NCBI GenBank assembly: GCA_965220315.1
Contig: CBDCPP010000002.1
Location: 579,088 to 643,087 of the forward strand
Length of the DNA stretch: 64,000 nt
Source of the DNA: Dehalococcoidia bacterium
GTDB lineage: Bacteria > Chloroflexota > Dehalococcoidia > Bin125
Direction of reading: 5' to 3'
Below, piece after piece: positions 28,591-36,214 of this stretch. Position 1 is the first letter of the stretch. The number at the start of each line of letters is the position of its first letter. Under the pieces are notes generated by a model. It saw only the letters and a list, made by a program, of their open reading frames with translations, had not been told where the DNA came from and ran no database searches. The translations under genes and the position numbers were made by a program.

Positions 28591-28657
28591 TGCGGCGGTC
28601 TTGAAAACCGCTAGACGCCTGAGTGTCTCGGGGGTTCGAATCCTTCCCCCTCCGCCA
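28591..28657 (+). repeat. direct repeat: 3' portion of tRNA-Ser from the anticodon stem to CCA (att-like partial copy C)
   Basis: TGCGGCGGTCTTGAAAACCGCTAGACGCCTGAGTGTCTCGGGGGTTCGAATCCTTCCCCCTCCGCCA matches tRNA positions 26-90 with about 6 mismatches. The 5' half is replaced by unrelated sequence, although TATTGAAGGCA from the tRNA upstream region persists at about 28512. Confidence 0.7.
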
Positions 28658-28845
28658 CACCAATGCAAGAAAACACTTATTTTATAGGGATAGTGACCAA
28701 TCTACGGTAAGTCATTATCACTTAGTATATCCCGCACGATTTGGCAGCCAGTGCGCCTCCTGGTTCTGGGCGACCGCAGCGCGCAGGTAAACGACGCCAC
28801 GCACAAAAGTGCTTGTTTGCTCGGGAACATCGGCCCACCGGCGGA

Positions 28846-29415
28846 TTAGATGAACATCTGCGGGAGCATGTCCCAACTCAGGATCCGGGCCACATCCCCG
28901 GAGAGCTTGGGGTCTGCGCTTTCCCCCGGCACATCCCAGAAGACGGTGCCGGGGTCCCCGTCGCCGATATCGGCCAGCAGCAACGCCAGCGCCTCGCTGC
29001 GGCGCTCGGGGGCGATCTCGAAGTAGTCACAGAGACTCGTCAGCGGGATCCCGAGCCGCGAGCGGCCGTTCACCCGCACCCGCACCCCCTCGAGGTTGCC
29101 GTGCTTCACATGCCAGGAGATGCTCTGCGGCGTCATGTCGACGAGGCGCGCCACCTGATCGCGGGAGATCACCACCTTCTGCTCGGGGGAGCTACCGGTG
29201 GAGGCGATCACCACCTCCTGCTCGGGGGAGTGGAAGGTGGGGGAGATGCGCGCGTCCGGCCGCGAGCCGTTCCACTTTTGGTTCGCAAGGAGTACCAGCA
29301 ACATGTTATCGCCCACGATGGCCGCGATCGCTTCCGCGGGGACGTGGTGCTCCAACGCGAGCGTCACCAGCCGCTCGATCTTTTCCTGCAGTCCTTCGTC
29401 TTCGGTATCGGCCAT
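28846..29415 (-). CDS. excisionase-family (MerR-like) HTH DNA-binding protein
   Basis: The C-terminal VISRDQVARLVDMTPQSISWHVKHGNLEGVRVRVNGRSRLGIPLTSLCDYF matches excisionase / HTH_17 domains. It sits next to the att-like tRNA fragment and downstream of the terminase genes. The start is taken as the internal ATG (ORF-track start 29469). Confidence 0.5.
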   Translation of the reverse strand: MADTEDEGLQEKIERLVTLALEHHVPAEAIAAIVGDNMLLVLLANQKWNGSRPDARISPTFHSPEQEVVIASTGSSPEQKVVISRDQVARLVDMTPQSISWHVKHGNLEGVRVRVNGRSRLGIPLTSLCDYFEIAPERRSEALALLLADIGDGDPGTVFWDVPGESADPKLSGDVARILSWDMLPQMFI

Positions 29416-29646
29416 CGTCCTCGCCCTGCCTGCCCTGGCTCGCCAACCACAAAAAAGCGATCCTCGCAATACCCTAGCGTAGTGGCCATGACAAATGGGC
29501 CGTGACGGGCTTTTATGGAATAAGCGCCTCAGCGCCCTCAGAATCGGGCTGGCGAGCCTGAACGGCCGCTGACGCCCCCCCCAAAAAAAGGCGGGGAATG
29601 CGGTCCTTGGGGCCGTCCGCCGTCGCCAACGCCCACTGACCGCATC

Positions 29647-31299
29647 CTAGACGGCCTCCGTGGCCAAGGGGTGGCCGTCGAGCGTTCCCACATGCACCCC
29701 GGGCGACGTCTCCATCTTGCGCAAAAAGGCCAGCACGTAGCGCCGCGTGTCCATGGCGTCGCCGTGCTGGTCGACGGTGCGGTTGGCGACGTACTTATCG
29801 CCCGTATTGGGGTTGCGCTGCAGGCGGCGCTTGTAGACGACGAACTCATGGCGCGAGTGCCGGCAGCGGCGGTCGATCGTGAACTTGTTGGCCTTGAGCT
29901 TCTCCGTCAGCAGCGTCCAGAGGGAGCGGTCGTTGTCGACCTTGCGCTCCACGTAGATCCCGTGCGGCGCCAGCTTCTGGGCGAGGGAGTAATTCATGGC
30001 CCCTTCGGAGGGATCGGGGCAGACGGCGAAGACGGGCGCGATGGCGTGCAGCTGCAGGACATAGGCCACGATCTCATCCAGGCCCACGGCATCCTTGCGA
30101 TAGAGCTCCCCGAATTGATGCAGGTGCCCGGTGCCGGAGACGCCATAGGGACAGACGGCCGTGGGGTCGCCGCCGCCGGCGCCGTAATCGATGCCGAAGA
30201 GCCGGATGCGGGCCTGCGACCAGCGGAAGGGCGGGTCGTGGGGATCGGTCGCCATGGTGCCGTCGACGTACTCCGGGTACCAAAGGGTGTTGTTCCCGCC
30301 CACGAAGGCATCGACAGCCGTCTTGGGGAACTCCTGCAGGAACTCGTACTCGGCCCCGATGTAGCCCTTCTTGCGGCCCTCCCACCAATCCCAGTTGATG
30401 GCGAAGCCGAGGCAGCCATGTTCCTCGTAGCCGGGCGCGACGCAGGGCCGGTCCTCCCAGGTTTCCATCGACCCATCCCCGCGGCGCCGCAGCCCGCCGC
30501 AGTCGGCGTGGGGCTGCAGGTGGATCCCGATCCACTTCCCCGCCTCGCGGTCATAGCGCCGCGGCCGCACCCACCAGGGGTACATGATGCCGTGCGTGCC
30601 GGGGATGAGGCCGTAGCGCGCCGCCCAGTAGCGGTTGGCGAAGAAATCGCCGATGTCGGTGATCTGCTCGGCGTTCTCGGGGATCTGCCCGCCGCTCGAG
30701 GTCGACACCTGAAAGAGCTGCTCGGCCTGGGGCTCGACGGCGGCGTAGGTTTCCTTGGCGTAGTTGTGCTTGGCGGCCTCATCCCAGAGCGCGATCTTGG
30801 TGGTATCGCCGCGGCCGGCGTCCTCGGTCGAGGGAAAGACATTGATTTCGCCGCCGCCCTTGATGTTGAGATCGAGCTGGGTGGGCGGCCGCTGCGGGGC
30901 CACCTGGATGTGCCCGGGCAGGTGGTCGTACATGTAGCGCTGCTTGCCATAGAGCTTCTTCGCCTCGCGCTCATTCTGCGAGAACTCCTGGTAGATCGCG
31001 CCCGGCTGGCCGTAGAGCACGTTCCAGAGAATGTAGCCGCCGATGTACCAGGACACGCCGATCTGCCGCCCCTTGAGGATGACGGCGCTGTGGCCGGCCG
31101 TCAGGATCTGGGGCAGCGTCCAGCCGGTGGGTTCGAAGATGGGATTGTCGAAGAAGGCCCAGTCCTCCATGAGCTGGGGCCCGGCCTCGCCCAGGATCTG
31201 CAGATGGTGCCGGAAAGCGCCGAAGGACCGCCGTGCGAAGGCCCGTTCGATGTCCTCGCCCGCCGCCAGGGCGACCTGGTCAACCAGCTTCCTTGCCAT
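29647..31299 (-). CDS. phage terminase large subunit (TerL; ATPase + nuclease)
   Basis: The ATG at 31299 has a GGAAGGA ribosome-binding site. The protein MARKLVDQV... has a Walker A-like ILKGRQIGVSW and a C-terminal nuclease region with conserved acidic residues. Length (about 550 aa) and architecture fit TerL. Confidence 0.75.
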   Translation of the reverse strand: MARKLVDQVALAAGEDIERAFARRSFGAFRHHLQILGEAGPQLMEDWAFFDNPIFEPTGWTLPQILTAGHSAVILKGRQIGVSWYIGGYILWNVLYGQPGAIYQEFSQNEREAKKLYGKQRYMYDHLPGHIQVAPQRPPTQLDLNIKGGGEINVFPSTEDAGRGDTTKIALWDEAAKHNYAKETYAAVEPQAEQLFQVSTSSGGQIPENAEQITDIGDFFANRYWAARYGLIPGTHGIMYPWWVRPRRYDREAGKWIGIHLQPHADCGGLRRRGDGSMETWEDRPCVAPGYEEHGCLGFAINWDWWEGRKKGYIGAEYEFLQEFPKTAVDAFVGGNNTLWYPEYVDGTMATDPHDPPFRWSQARIRLFGIDYGAGGGDPTAVCPYGVSGTGHLHQFGELYRKDAVGLDEIVAYVLQLHAIAPVFAVCPDPSEGAMNYSLAQKLAPHGIYVERKVDNDRSLWTLLTEKLKANKFTIDRRCRHSRHEFVVYKRRLQRNPNTGDKYVANRTVDQHGDAMDTRRYVLAFLRKMETSPGVHVGTLDGHPLATEAV

Positions 31300-31861
31300 C
31301 GTGTGTTTCCTTCCAGGCGGCCCATTCCTTATCCAGCGCCATCGTCTCCTTGGCCACCGCGCGCCAGCGCTCCTCCAGATGCTTGGGACAGGTCGCGAAA
31401 TCCCGCGTCGGCGCTCCGCCCGCGCCCACGACGGGCAACGCGGCCGCTTCCTCATCGAGCTCTTTCCGCTTGTCGATCAGGATCGCCAGGCTCGTGCTCA
31501 TGCTCTTCACCTCGAGCGCGGTGATGTCGTCCCGGGCCTCCCACCGCTCGAGCTGCCGCTCGATCAATCCCACTTCCCGCCACAGGATGTCCGCGATCTT
31601 TGACCGCAGCCGATCGCGCAACTCGTGGACCGCCCGTTTCCCACCCCGGCGCAGATCCGGCGGCGGCCGCACATCCTTCCGCTTCGCCCGCGGCTTCTCG
31701 CCCCGACGCTTCCGCGCCAGCGCGATGATGTGCCGGACTTGTTCGTAGCTCAGCCCCACCGCGTCCGCGATCGCCTGGTACGTCACCCGTTGGCCCGGCG
31801 GAGCGAACCACATCGCCTCCACCTGCTCCCGGTCCGCAGGCGTCACTTGTCGCTCGGGCAT
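31280..31861 (-). CDS. putative terminase small subunit / HTH DNA-binding protein
   Basis: The 193-aa protein has a sigma-70 region-4-like HTH (RVTYQAIADAVGLSYEQVRHIIALARKR) followed by a charged coiled region. It lies immediately upstream of terL and overlaps it by about 20 nt. Confidence 0.5.
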   Translation of the reverse strand: MPERQVTPADREQVEAMWFAPPGQRVTYQAIADAVGLSYEQVRHIIALARKRRGEKPRAKRKDVRPPPDLRRGGKRAVHELRDRLRSKIADILWREVGLIERQLERWEARDDITALEVKSMSTSLAILIDKRKELDEEAAALPVVGAGGAPTRDFATCPKHLEERWRAVAKETMALDKEWAAWKETHDGKEAG

Positions 31862-31891
31862 CCGCCCTTTCGGTACTTAGCTACACACTGT

Positions 31892-32000
31892 GCTGGCAGT
31901 CTAGCTAATCCGGAGTTCCCAATGGATCTTCAGACGATCAGTTGCGCCCCAGCCCACGATTGCGGCCGGCCGTGGAGGAAGTCCTCCCGCGCACGCTGGT
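31892..32000. repeat. about 110-bp imperfect direct repeat, copy 1 (duplicated gene 3' end + downstream regulatory region, immediately upstream of terS)
   Basis: GCTGGCAGTCTAGCTAATCCGGAGTTCCCAATGGATCTTCAGACGATCAGTTGCGCCCCAGCCCACGATTGCGGCCGGCCGTGGAGGAAGTCCTCCCG closely matches 32411-32530. Confidence 0.7.
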
Positions 32001-32056
32001 CATCGTGCTGCAGGGTATGCGCTGATCGGTGCCGTGTCGTTCTCCTTCGGGCTGCA

Positions 32057-32365
32057 TCAAAAATCAGTAATGTCGACGTGCTTCGTGGGTCGATACGATG
32101 CATCGGCATCCGCGATCGACTGGCAGTACTCGCACTCGGTTCCTTCGAGGACGGCCCGGACGATGATTTGGTGGTCGGGGCCAACCCCTTCCCAGGTGTG
32201 ACCGATCGCTGGATAGTCACGGCTCGGAGACAGGCCAAATTGATCCTCGGTGGACAGGGGCACAATTCCCCCTGCTCGCTCGGGTCCAGCAATCCGACCA
32301 AGCACCATGTGATAGTGGGACACGCCCGGCACGTAGGTGACAGCTACGGTCACTGCCTCGGTCAT
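32057..32365 (-). CDS. hypothetical small protein (102 aa), phage-associated
   Basis: MTEAVTVAVTYVPGVSHYHMVLGRIAGPERAGG... has an AGGAGG ribosome-binding site and balanced composition. A duplicated C-terminal module from the 32449 gene family is appended downstream in another frame. Confidence 0.4.
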   Translation of the reverse strand: MTEAVTVAVTYVPGVSHYHMVLGRIAGPERAGGIVPLSTEDQFGLSPSRDYPAIGHTWEGVGPDHQIIVRAVLEGTECEYCQSIADADASYRPTKHVDITDF

Positions 32366-32410
32366 AGCGGGCCTCCTAGTTGTTCTTGAGGTAGCCGGAC
32401 GTCTCAATGC

Positions 32411-32530
32411 GCTGGCAGTTTAGCTGATCCGGGTTCCCCAATGAATCTTCAGACGATCAGTTCCGCCCCGGCCCAGGCTTGCAGCCGGCCGTGGAGGAAG
32501 TCCTCCCGTGCGCGGTCCTCGTCGTAGGGC
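32411..32530. repeat. about 110-bp imperfect direct repeat, copy 2
   Basis: It closely matches 31892-32000. It comprises the last ~22 codons of the 32449-32703 ORF (DRAREDFLHGRLQAWAGAELIV, stop) plus about 45 nt of downstream non-coding sequence. Confidence 0.7.
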
Positions 32531-32703
32531 AGGGTGTGCGTCGAGACCCGCACGCGCTGCCCGCGGGGATAGTCGACGTAGAAGCTCGAGAGCCGCCCGT
32601 GCCAATCCCGGCTGCACTTGATCCGCCGCGCGTCATTGACGTCCTTGCGCACGGCCCGCAGGGCCCGCATGAGGTTCACCGCGGGATCCACGCCCGCGGT
32701 CAC
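32449..32703 (-). CDS. hypothetical small protein (84 aa), phage-associated
   Basis: MTAGVDPAVNLMRALRAVRKDVNDARRIKCSRDWHGRLSSFYVDYPRGQRVRVSTHTLPYDEDRAREDFLHGRLQAWAGAELIV. Its C-terminus and 3' flank are duplicated at 31892-32000. Confidence 0.4.
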   Translation of the reverse strand: MTAGVDPAVNLMRALRAVRKDVNDARRIKCSRDWHGRLSSFYVDYPRGQRVRVSTHTLPYDEDRAREDFLHGRLQAWAGAELIV

Positions 32704-32851
32704 GCGGAGCAGAGGGGGCAGCAGGCGCTGATCATGGGGGCATGGTAGCGAGGAAACAAGCGCATGCGCGAGGATCAGAGAGGAATCTCGTGATCCCGAA
32801 GTGCCCGATGGTCTACGCTGTAGAAAGTGACGCGTAGCGCGCTGGTATCAG

Positions 32852-33220
32852 TTAAGGGGTGGCAGGTGGATCGTCCTCTTCGTCGGAGTCTGAGCCCGCC
32901 CCGGGGAAGCCTTGCTCGCGCAAGCGTTGCCCGAGATCCTGGTAGTGCGCGCGAATGCGAAGACCAGCCTCCAGCGAGACTTGCAAGCTCCGAATTCCGG
33001 TCCGCGTTCGCGCGGTCGTTTCATCGTCTCCTGACAGGTCAGATAGTGCCTCTTCAACAGCTGCATCAAAGCGGTCCAGAAACGCTTGCAGATCTAGTGG
33101 CTGCAATGGATCAAGACCTTCGACGACAGCTGCGACAAAGATCCCCACGCTCTCAACCTGCAGGTCCTCCGGCTTAAAGTTACCGAGGTCCCAGTCCGAC
33201 CCCTGTCCTTCCTCGCTCAT
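32852..33220 (-). CDS. hypothetical acidic protein
   Basis: The internal start gives MSEEGQGSDWDLGNFKPEDLQVESVGIFVAAVVEGL... within ORF 32852-33364. Composition is acidic and there is no recognisable domain. Confidence 0.35.
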   Translation of the reverse strand: MSEEGQGSDWDLGNFKPEDLQVESVGIFVAAVVEGLDPLQPLDLQAFLDRFDAAVEEALSDLSGDDETTARTRTGIRSLQVSLEAGLRIRAHYQDLGQRLREQGFPGAGSDSDEEDDPPATP

Positions 33221-33231
33221 GGGGCCTCCGT

Positions 33232-33789
33232 TCACCGCGCACAGGCGGGCAACGGCTTCCCGACGCGCGCCTGTGCGAAGCAGGCCCCCGTCCTCTGTTG
33301 AGAATCCGCGATGACGTCGGGGAGCTCCCGGTTGTCGGTAAACGCGGTGATCGGTTCCTTCCATTCGGCCGTGCCGCCCTGCGGGGTCACGTAGCGCAGG
33401 ACATAGATCAGCTCGAACCAGTTGTATCCGTCGTCGCCATCGTCGACTCGTCTCTCGACGACGACCCAGTCGTGGGACGGCGGCTCGGCCTGCTCCAGGC
33501 GCCGCGTGGCGACCCGTGCGCTGGCGGCATCGCTCCGGGCCGCGCTGATCTCGCTCCGGAGATCGTCGATCACGGCCTGCATGGTGGCGACGTCCGCCTG
33601 GATCCCGCTGGGATCGTAGCGCTCGAGGGCTTCCACAGCCGTGAGGCGCGTCTCGACGCTTTGGATCCGAGTCCCGATGTCAACGCGGCGCTCCTGCGCA
33701 AAGCGATACGTCAAGAAGATCGCGGCCACCAGAGCCCCGACCACGACCACGCCGACGAGCGGGACCAGGAACGGACGCCACCGACGCAT
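33232..33789 (-). CDS. membrane-anchored hypothetical protein (single N-terminal TM helix)
   Basis: MRRWRPFLVPLVGVVVVGALVAAIFLTY gives an N-in TM anchor. It is followed by a coiled, charged ectodomain. Confidence 0.45.
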   Translation of the reverse strand: MRRWRPFLVPLVGVVVVGALVAAIFLTYRFAQERRVDIGTRIQSVETRLTAVEALERYDPSGIQADVATMQAVIDDLRSEISAARSDAASARVATRRLEQAEPPSHDWVVVERRVDDGDDGYNWFELIYVLRYVTPQGGTAEWKEPITAFTDNRELPDVIADSQQRTGACFAQARVGKPLPACAR

Positions 33790-34038
33790 AGGTGCTCCCT
33801 TGCAACATGAGCGGAACTCGTTGCCACACCAGTCCTGCGAACGGAGCTACAAGGGAGCGTGGAGGCTCCGCTCGGTTCCATTCGCAGGGTGTGGCGGCAG
33901 GGACGCTACGGGATAAGTGAGGTGCCGTCTAGGCCCAGACGGTTTCAACGTAACCCGCGCCAGTGCTAGGCTCACGCGGGCCCGCGACCCTGGATGCCAG
34001 CGCCCGCGTAGCAGCCCCCTCTCAGAAAAGAGACGAGT

Positions 34039-34471
34039 AGTGAAACTTCGATTTATCTGGTTAGCCGAGAAGATCGAACCCCGACCCGATGGGAAGATCA
34101 ACATGACAGGGGTCTTCAATACGCTAAAGTTTTCAGCGTTTCCCGCGACTTATCCCCAGATTGATTGTCTACTCGAATTGTCTGTGCCACTGGAAGAACT
34201 AGAGGAAAGGAAGACGGATCATCAGATCCGTCTCACTCTGACCAACCCCGCCGGTCAAGTGGTCCAGCAGACACCGGACGACGTCGGCTGGTTTCAACTC
34301 CCCAGCCGTGCGGAAGGGCCTACGCCAAGACCCGGGGTGTTCGTGGTTCCGGCAGCACTACAACTACAGTTTCGGAACCTTCGCTTCGATCGCCCTGGGG
34401 ACTTCGCCCTGCGCGTAGATCTCGACAACACAAAGCTCTGGGAGACACCGGTTCTGATTGAACAGGCGTAA
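34039..34471 (+). CDS. hypothetical protein
   Basis: A GTG at about 34039 follows a GAGACGAG site. The 144-aa product is VKLRFIWLAEKIEPRPDGKINMTGVFNTLKF..., with no family recognised. Confidence 0.4.
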
Positions 34472-34534
34472 AGGCAAACGCCGCGTAGATTATGGGCGGG
34501 GGGGCTGCTGCGTCCACAGAGGCCTCTCTTCGGC

Positions 34535-34774
34535 TCACCCGGCCCCGGGTGACAACACCCGCTGGCCCGAGTATCCTACCCAGGCCGCCGCCACCTCGCG
34601 TGCTCGAAGAAGGCCCCGCCCCCAGCGGGGTCGTTTGCATTCTACCACCTTGATCGCCCGCCGCGCATTCCCGGCGTACTTCTTGCAAGTGGCCGAACAA
34701 TACTTCTTCAGTCGCCAACCCTGAAACAGACCACCGCATTGCTTGCAGCTCTGCGTCACTTCTCGCTCGGCCAT
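34535..34774 (-). CDS. small zinc-ribbon protein (CxxC ... CxxxC)
   Basis: MAEREVTQSCKQCGGLFQGWRLKKYCSATCKKYAGN has two Cys pairs. It is convergent with the upstream gene. Confidence 0.35.
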   Translation of the reverse strand: MAEREVTQSCKQCGGLFQGWRLKKYCSATCKKYAGNARRAIKVVECKRPRWGRGLLRAREVAAAWVGYSGQRVLSPGAG

Positions 34775-34823
34775 GCCCTTAGCTTAGCCCAGCCCCCCAA
34801 GACCTCCATAAGCTCCAGGGATG

Positions 34824-34842
34824 GGGGGGGGGGGGGGGGGGG
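34824..34842. repeat. G19 homopolymer tract
   Basis: AGGGATG followed by 19 consecutive G, then ATTTTGGG. It lies in a 1.3 kb stretch (34780-36140) with no convincing ORF. Confidence 0.9.
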
Positions 34843-35093
34843 ATTTTGGGCAGAGGATCCCCGATCGGATCCGGAAAAACCACCCGATATGGGATCTGTA
34901 TCGAGAAGATGCTCCGCTCTTGTTAGGAGAAAGTTCGGCCTGCCGGCTGGCTGGCGAGGACGAGTCGGTCCCGGCAGGCCTCCTTTTGGGGTGAGGACAG
35001 ACGAACGGAGCCATTCGTGCTCTCTGGCCTACCCCACCAGAGAAGAGCCACTAGCCGAAGGGGCGACCACAGTAGCAGTTGGGTAGTCCCATT

Positions 35094-35167
35094 CCCTATC
35101 GGCTCCCTATCCCATCCCTATCCAAATCCCAACCCCCCCCCCAGGGTTATATGTCCCACTCCCTATC
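35094..35167. promoter_or_regulatory. iteron-like array: four CCCTATC repeats (three at exact 11-bp spacing, the fourth about four helical turns away) flanking a C10 tract (35133-35142)
   Basis: CCCTATC occurs at 35094, 35105, 35116 and 35161. The 11-bp phasing places the sites on one DNA face. A TGTGTACACA palindrome lies at 35288-35297 and AT-rich sequence lies downstream. Confidence 0.45.
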
Positions 35168-36214
35168 CCATGCCCTGGTCGCAGACGCAGAGAGGGCCTG
35201 CGGCGACGACTCCAAACGTACGGTCAATGCGGAAGAGCCCGGCCCATGGTCCATGGTGGGCCATCGGATCTCTTAAGACCCTACAGTGTGTACACATTGA
35301 GTACTTAATAAGGAAAGGATGGGCCGGGATGGACCATGGGCCACCGAGACACTCCCGGTTCCGGCCGCGGCCACACGCCGCATCGATCGCGGCGGTCGCC
35401 GCGCCGGGAGAAGGGATGCGCCGCCGCGCGTTCGTCGGGAAGGCCCGCTAGCGACCCGGGCGATCCCGCCGCCCACGCCGCCGCGCAGGGAGCAGTGGCC
35501 GCGCTGCGCGCGACTGTCTCTTTCGCCCCCGTTCCCGCCGAGCACGCCGCTCGCTGAACCGCCACGGCGCTGACCTAAGCACGGCCGGGGAGCGCCGCAA
35601 CACCTGGAACGGGGGCAGGCGCGGCCTGGGGCGTGAGGCCCTCCATCCGCGGCCGCGATCGCCGCGCGCCACGCGATCCGCCCGCGCCGGCCGCCGCGCC
35701 TGCCCCCTGTCGGTTCAGCGTGGCAGGCCCAGCGCCGCATCAAGGGGCGAGCAGGCAGCCCGCTCAAAAATCGGCGCGAAGAACGCACGGTAGGCCTGCC
35801 CCCTGGACGCGGCGCATCTGGGAGGCGGCGGCGGTGGCCATGCCTCCTGCTATGGGTTTGCGCTCCATGTGCACCCTGCGCAGCCCGCTCCGCGACAACC
35901 CATCTCCGAACGCGACAGCCCCTCGCCCAGCGCAGGCGCAAGCATGTTCGGCTGCGCTGGAGGACCAGCGCTGCCGATGCTCGCCTGCACGTCCTGGTCA
36001 AGGGTGCGGCTACGCCCACGCCGGAGGACCGGCGCGCCCTTGACCAGGACGGGACGGAAACCTGCCTGCCTGGTTGCCCGATCGTATACCCCGGCCTCAA
36101 GAGTGAAGGCTACGCCCAGGCCGGAGGACCGGCCTGCTCTTGACCCCGGAGTCATGGGGACAAGCGACCAGGCCGGCGACGGGAGCCGGAGGGATAAGGG
36201 AAAGGGACCCAACC

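Noticed and set aside
28303-28668. Minus-strand 121-aa ORF spanning the tRNA-Ser 3' fragment
   Set aside because: It lies antisense across a tRNA-derived repeat and AT-rich junction and has no ribosome-binding site. It is a chance ORF.
28741-29505. Plus-strand 254-aa ORF overlapping the excisionase-like gene
   Set aside because: It has His/Arg/Gly-rich artefact composition. The opposite-strand ORF has a recognisable HTH domain and coherent operon orientation with terL and terS.
35273-36140. Long ORFs in the ORF track on both strands (275 aa, 176 aa, 136 aa, 202 aa and others) in the 35.3-36.1 kb region
   Set aside because: All are extremely Arg/Pro/Gly/Ala-rich with no start context. This is the typical signature of open off-frames in ~70% GC non-coding DNA. 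The region is better explained as non-coding (homopolymers, phased repeats).
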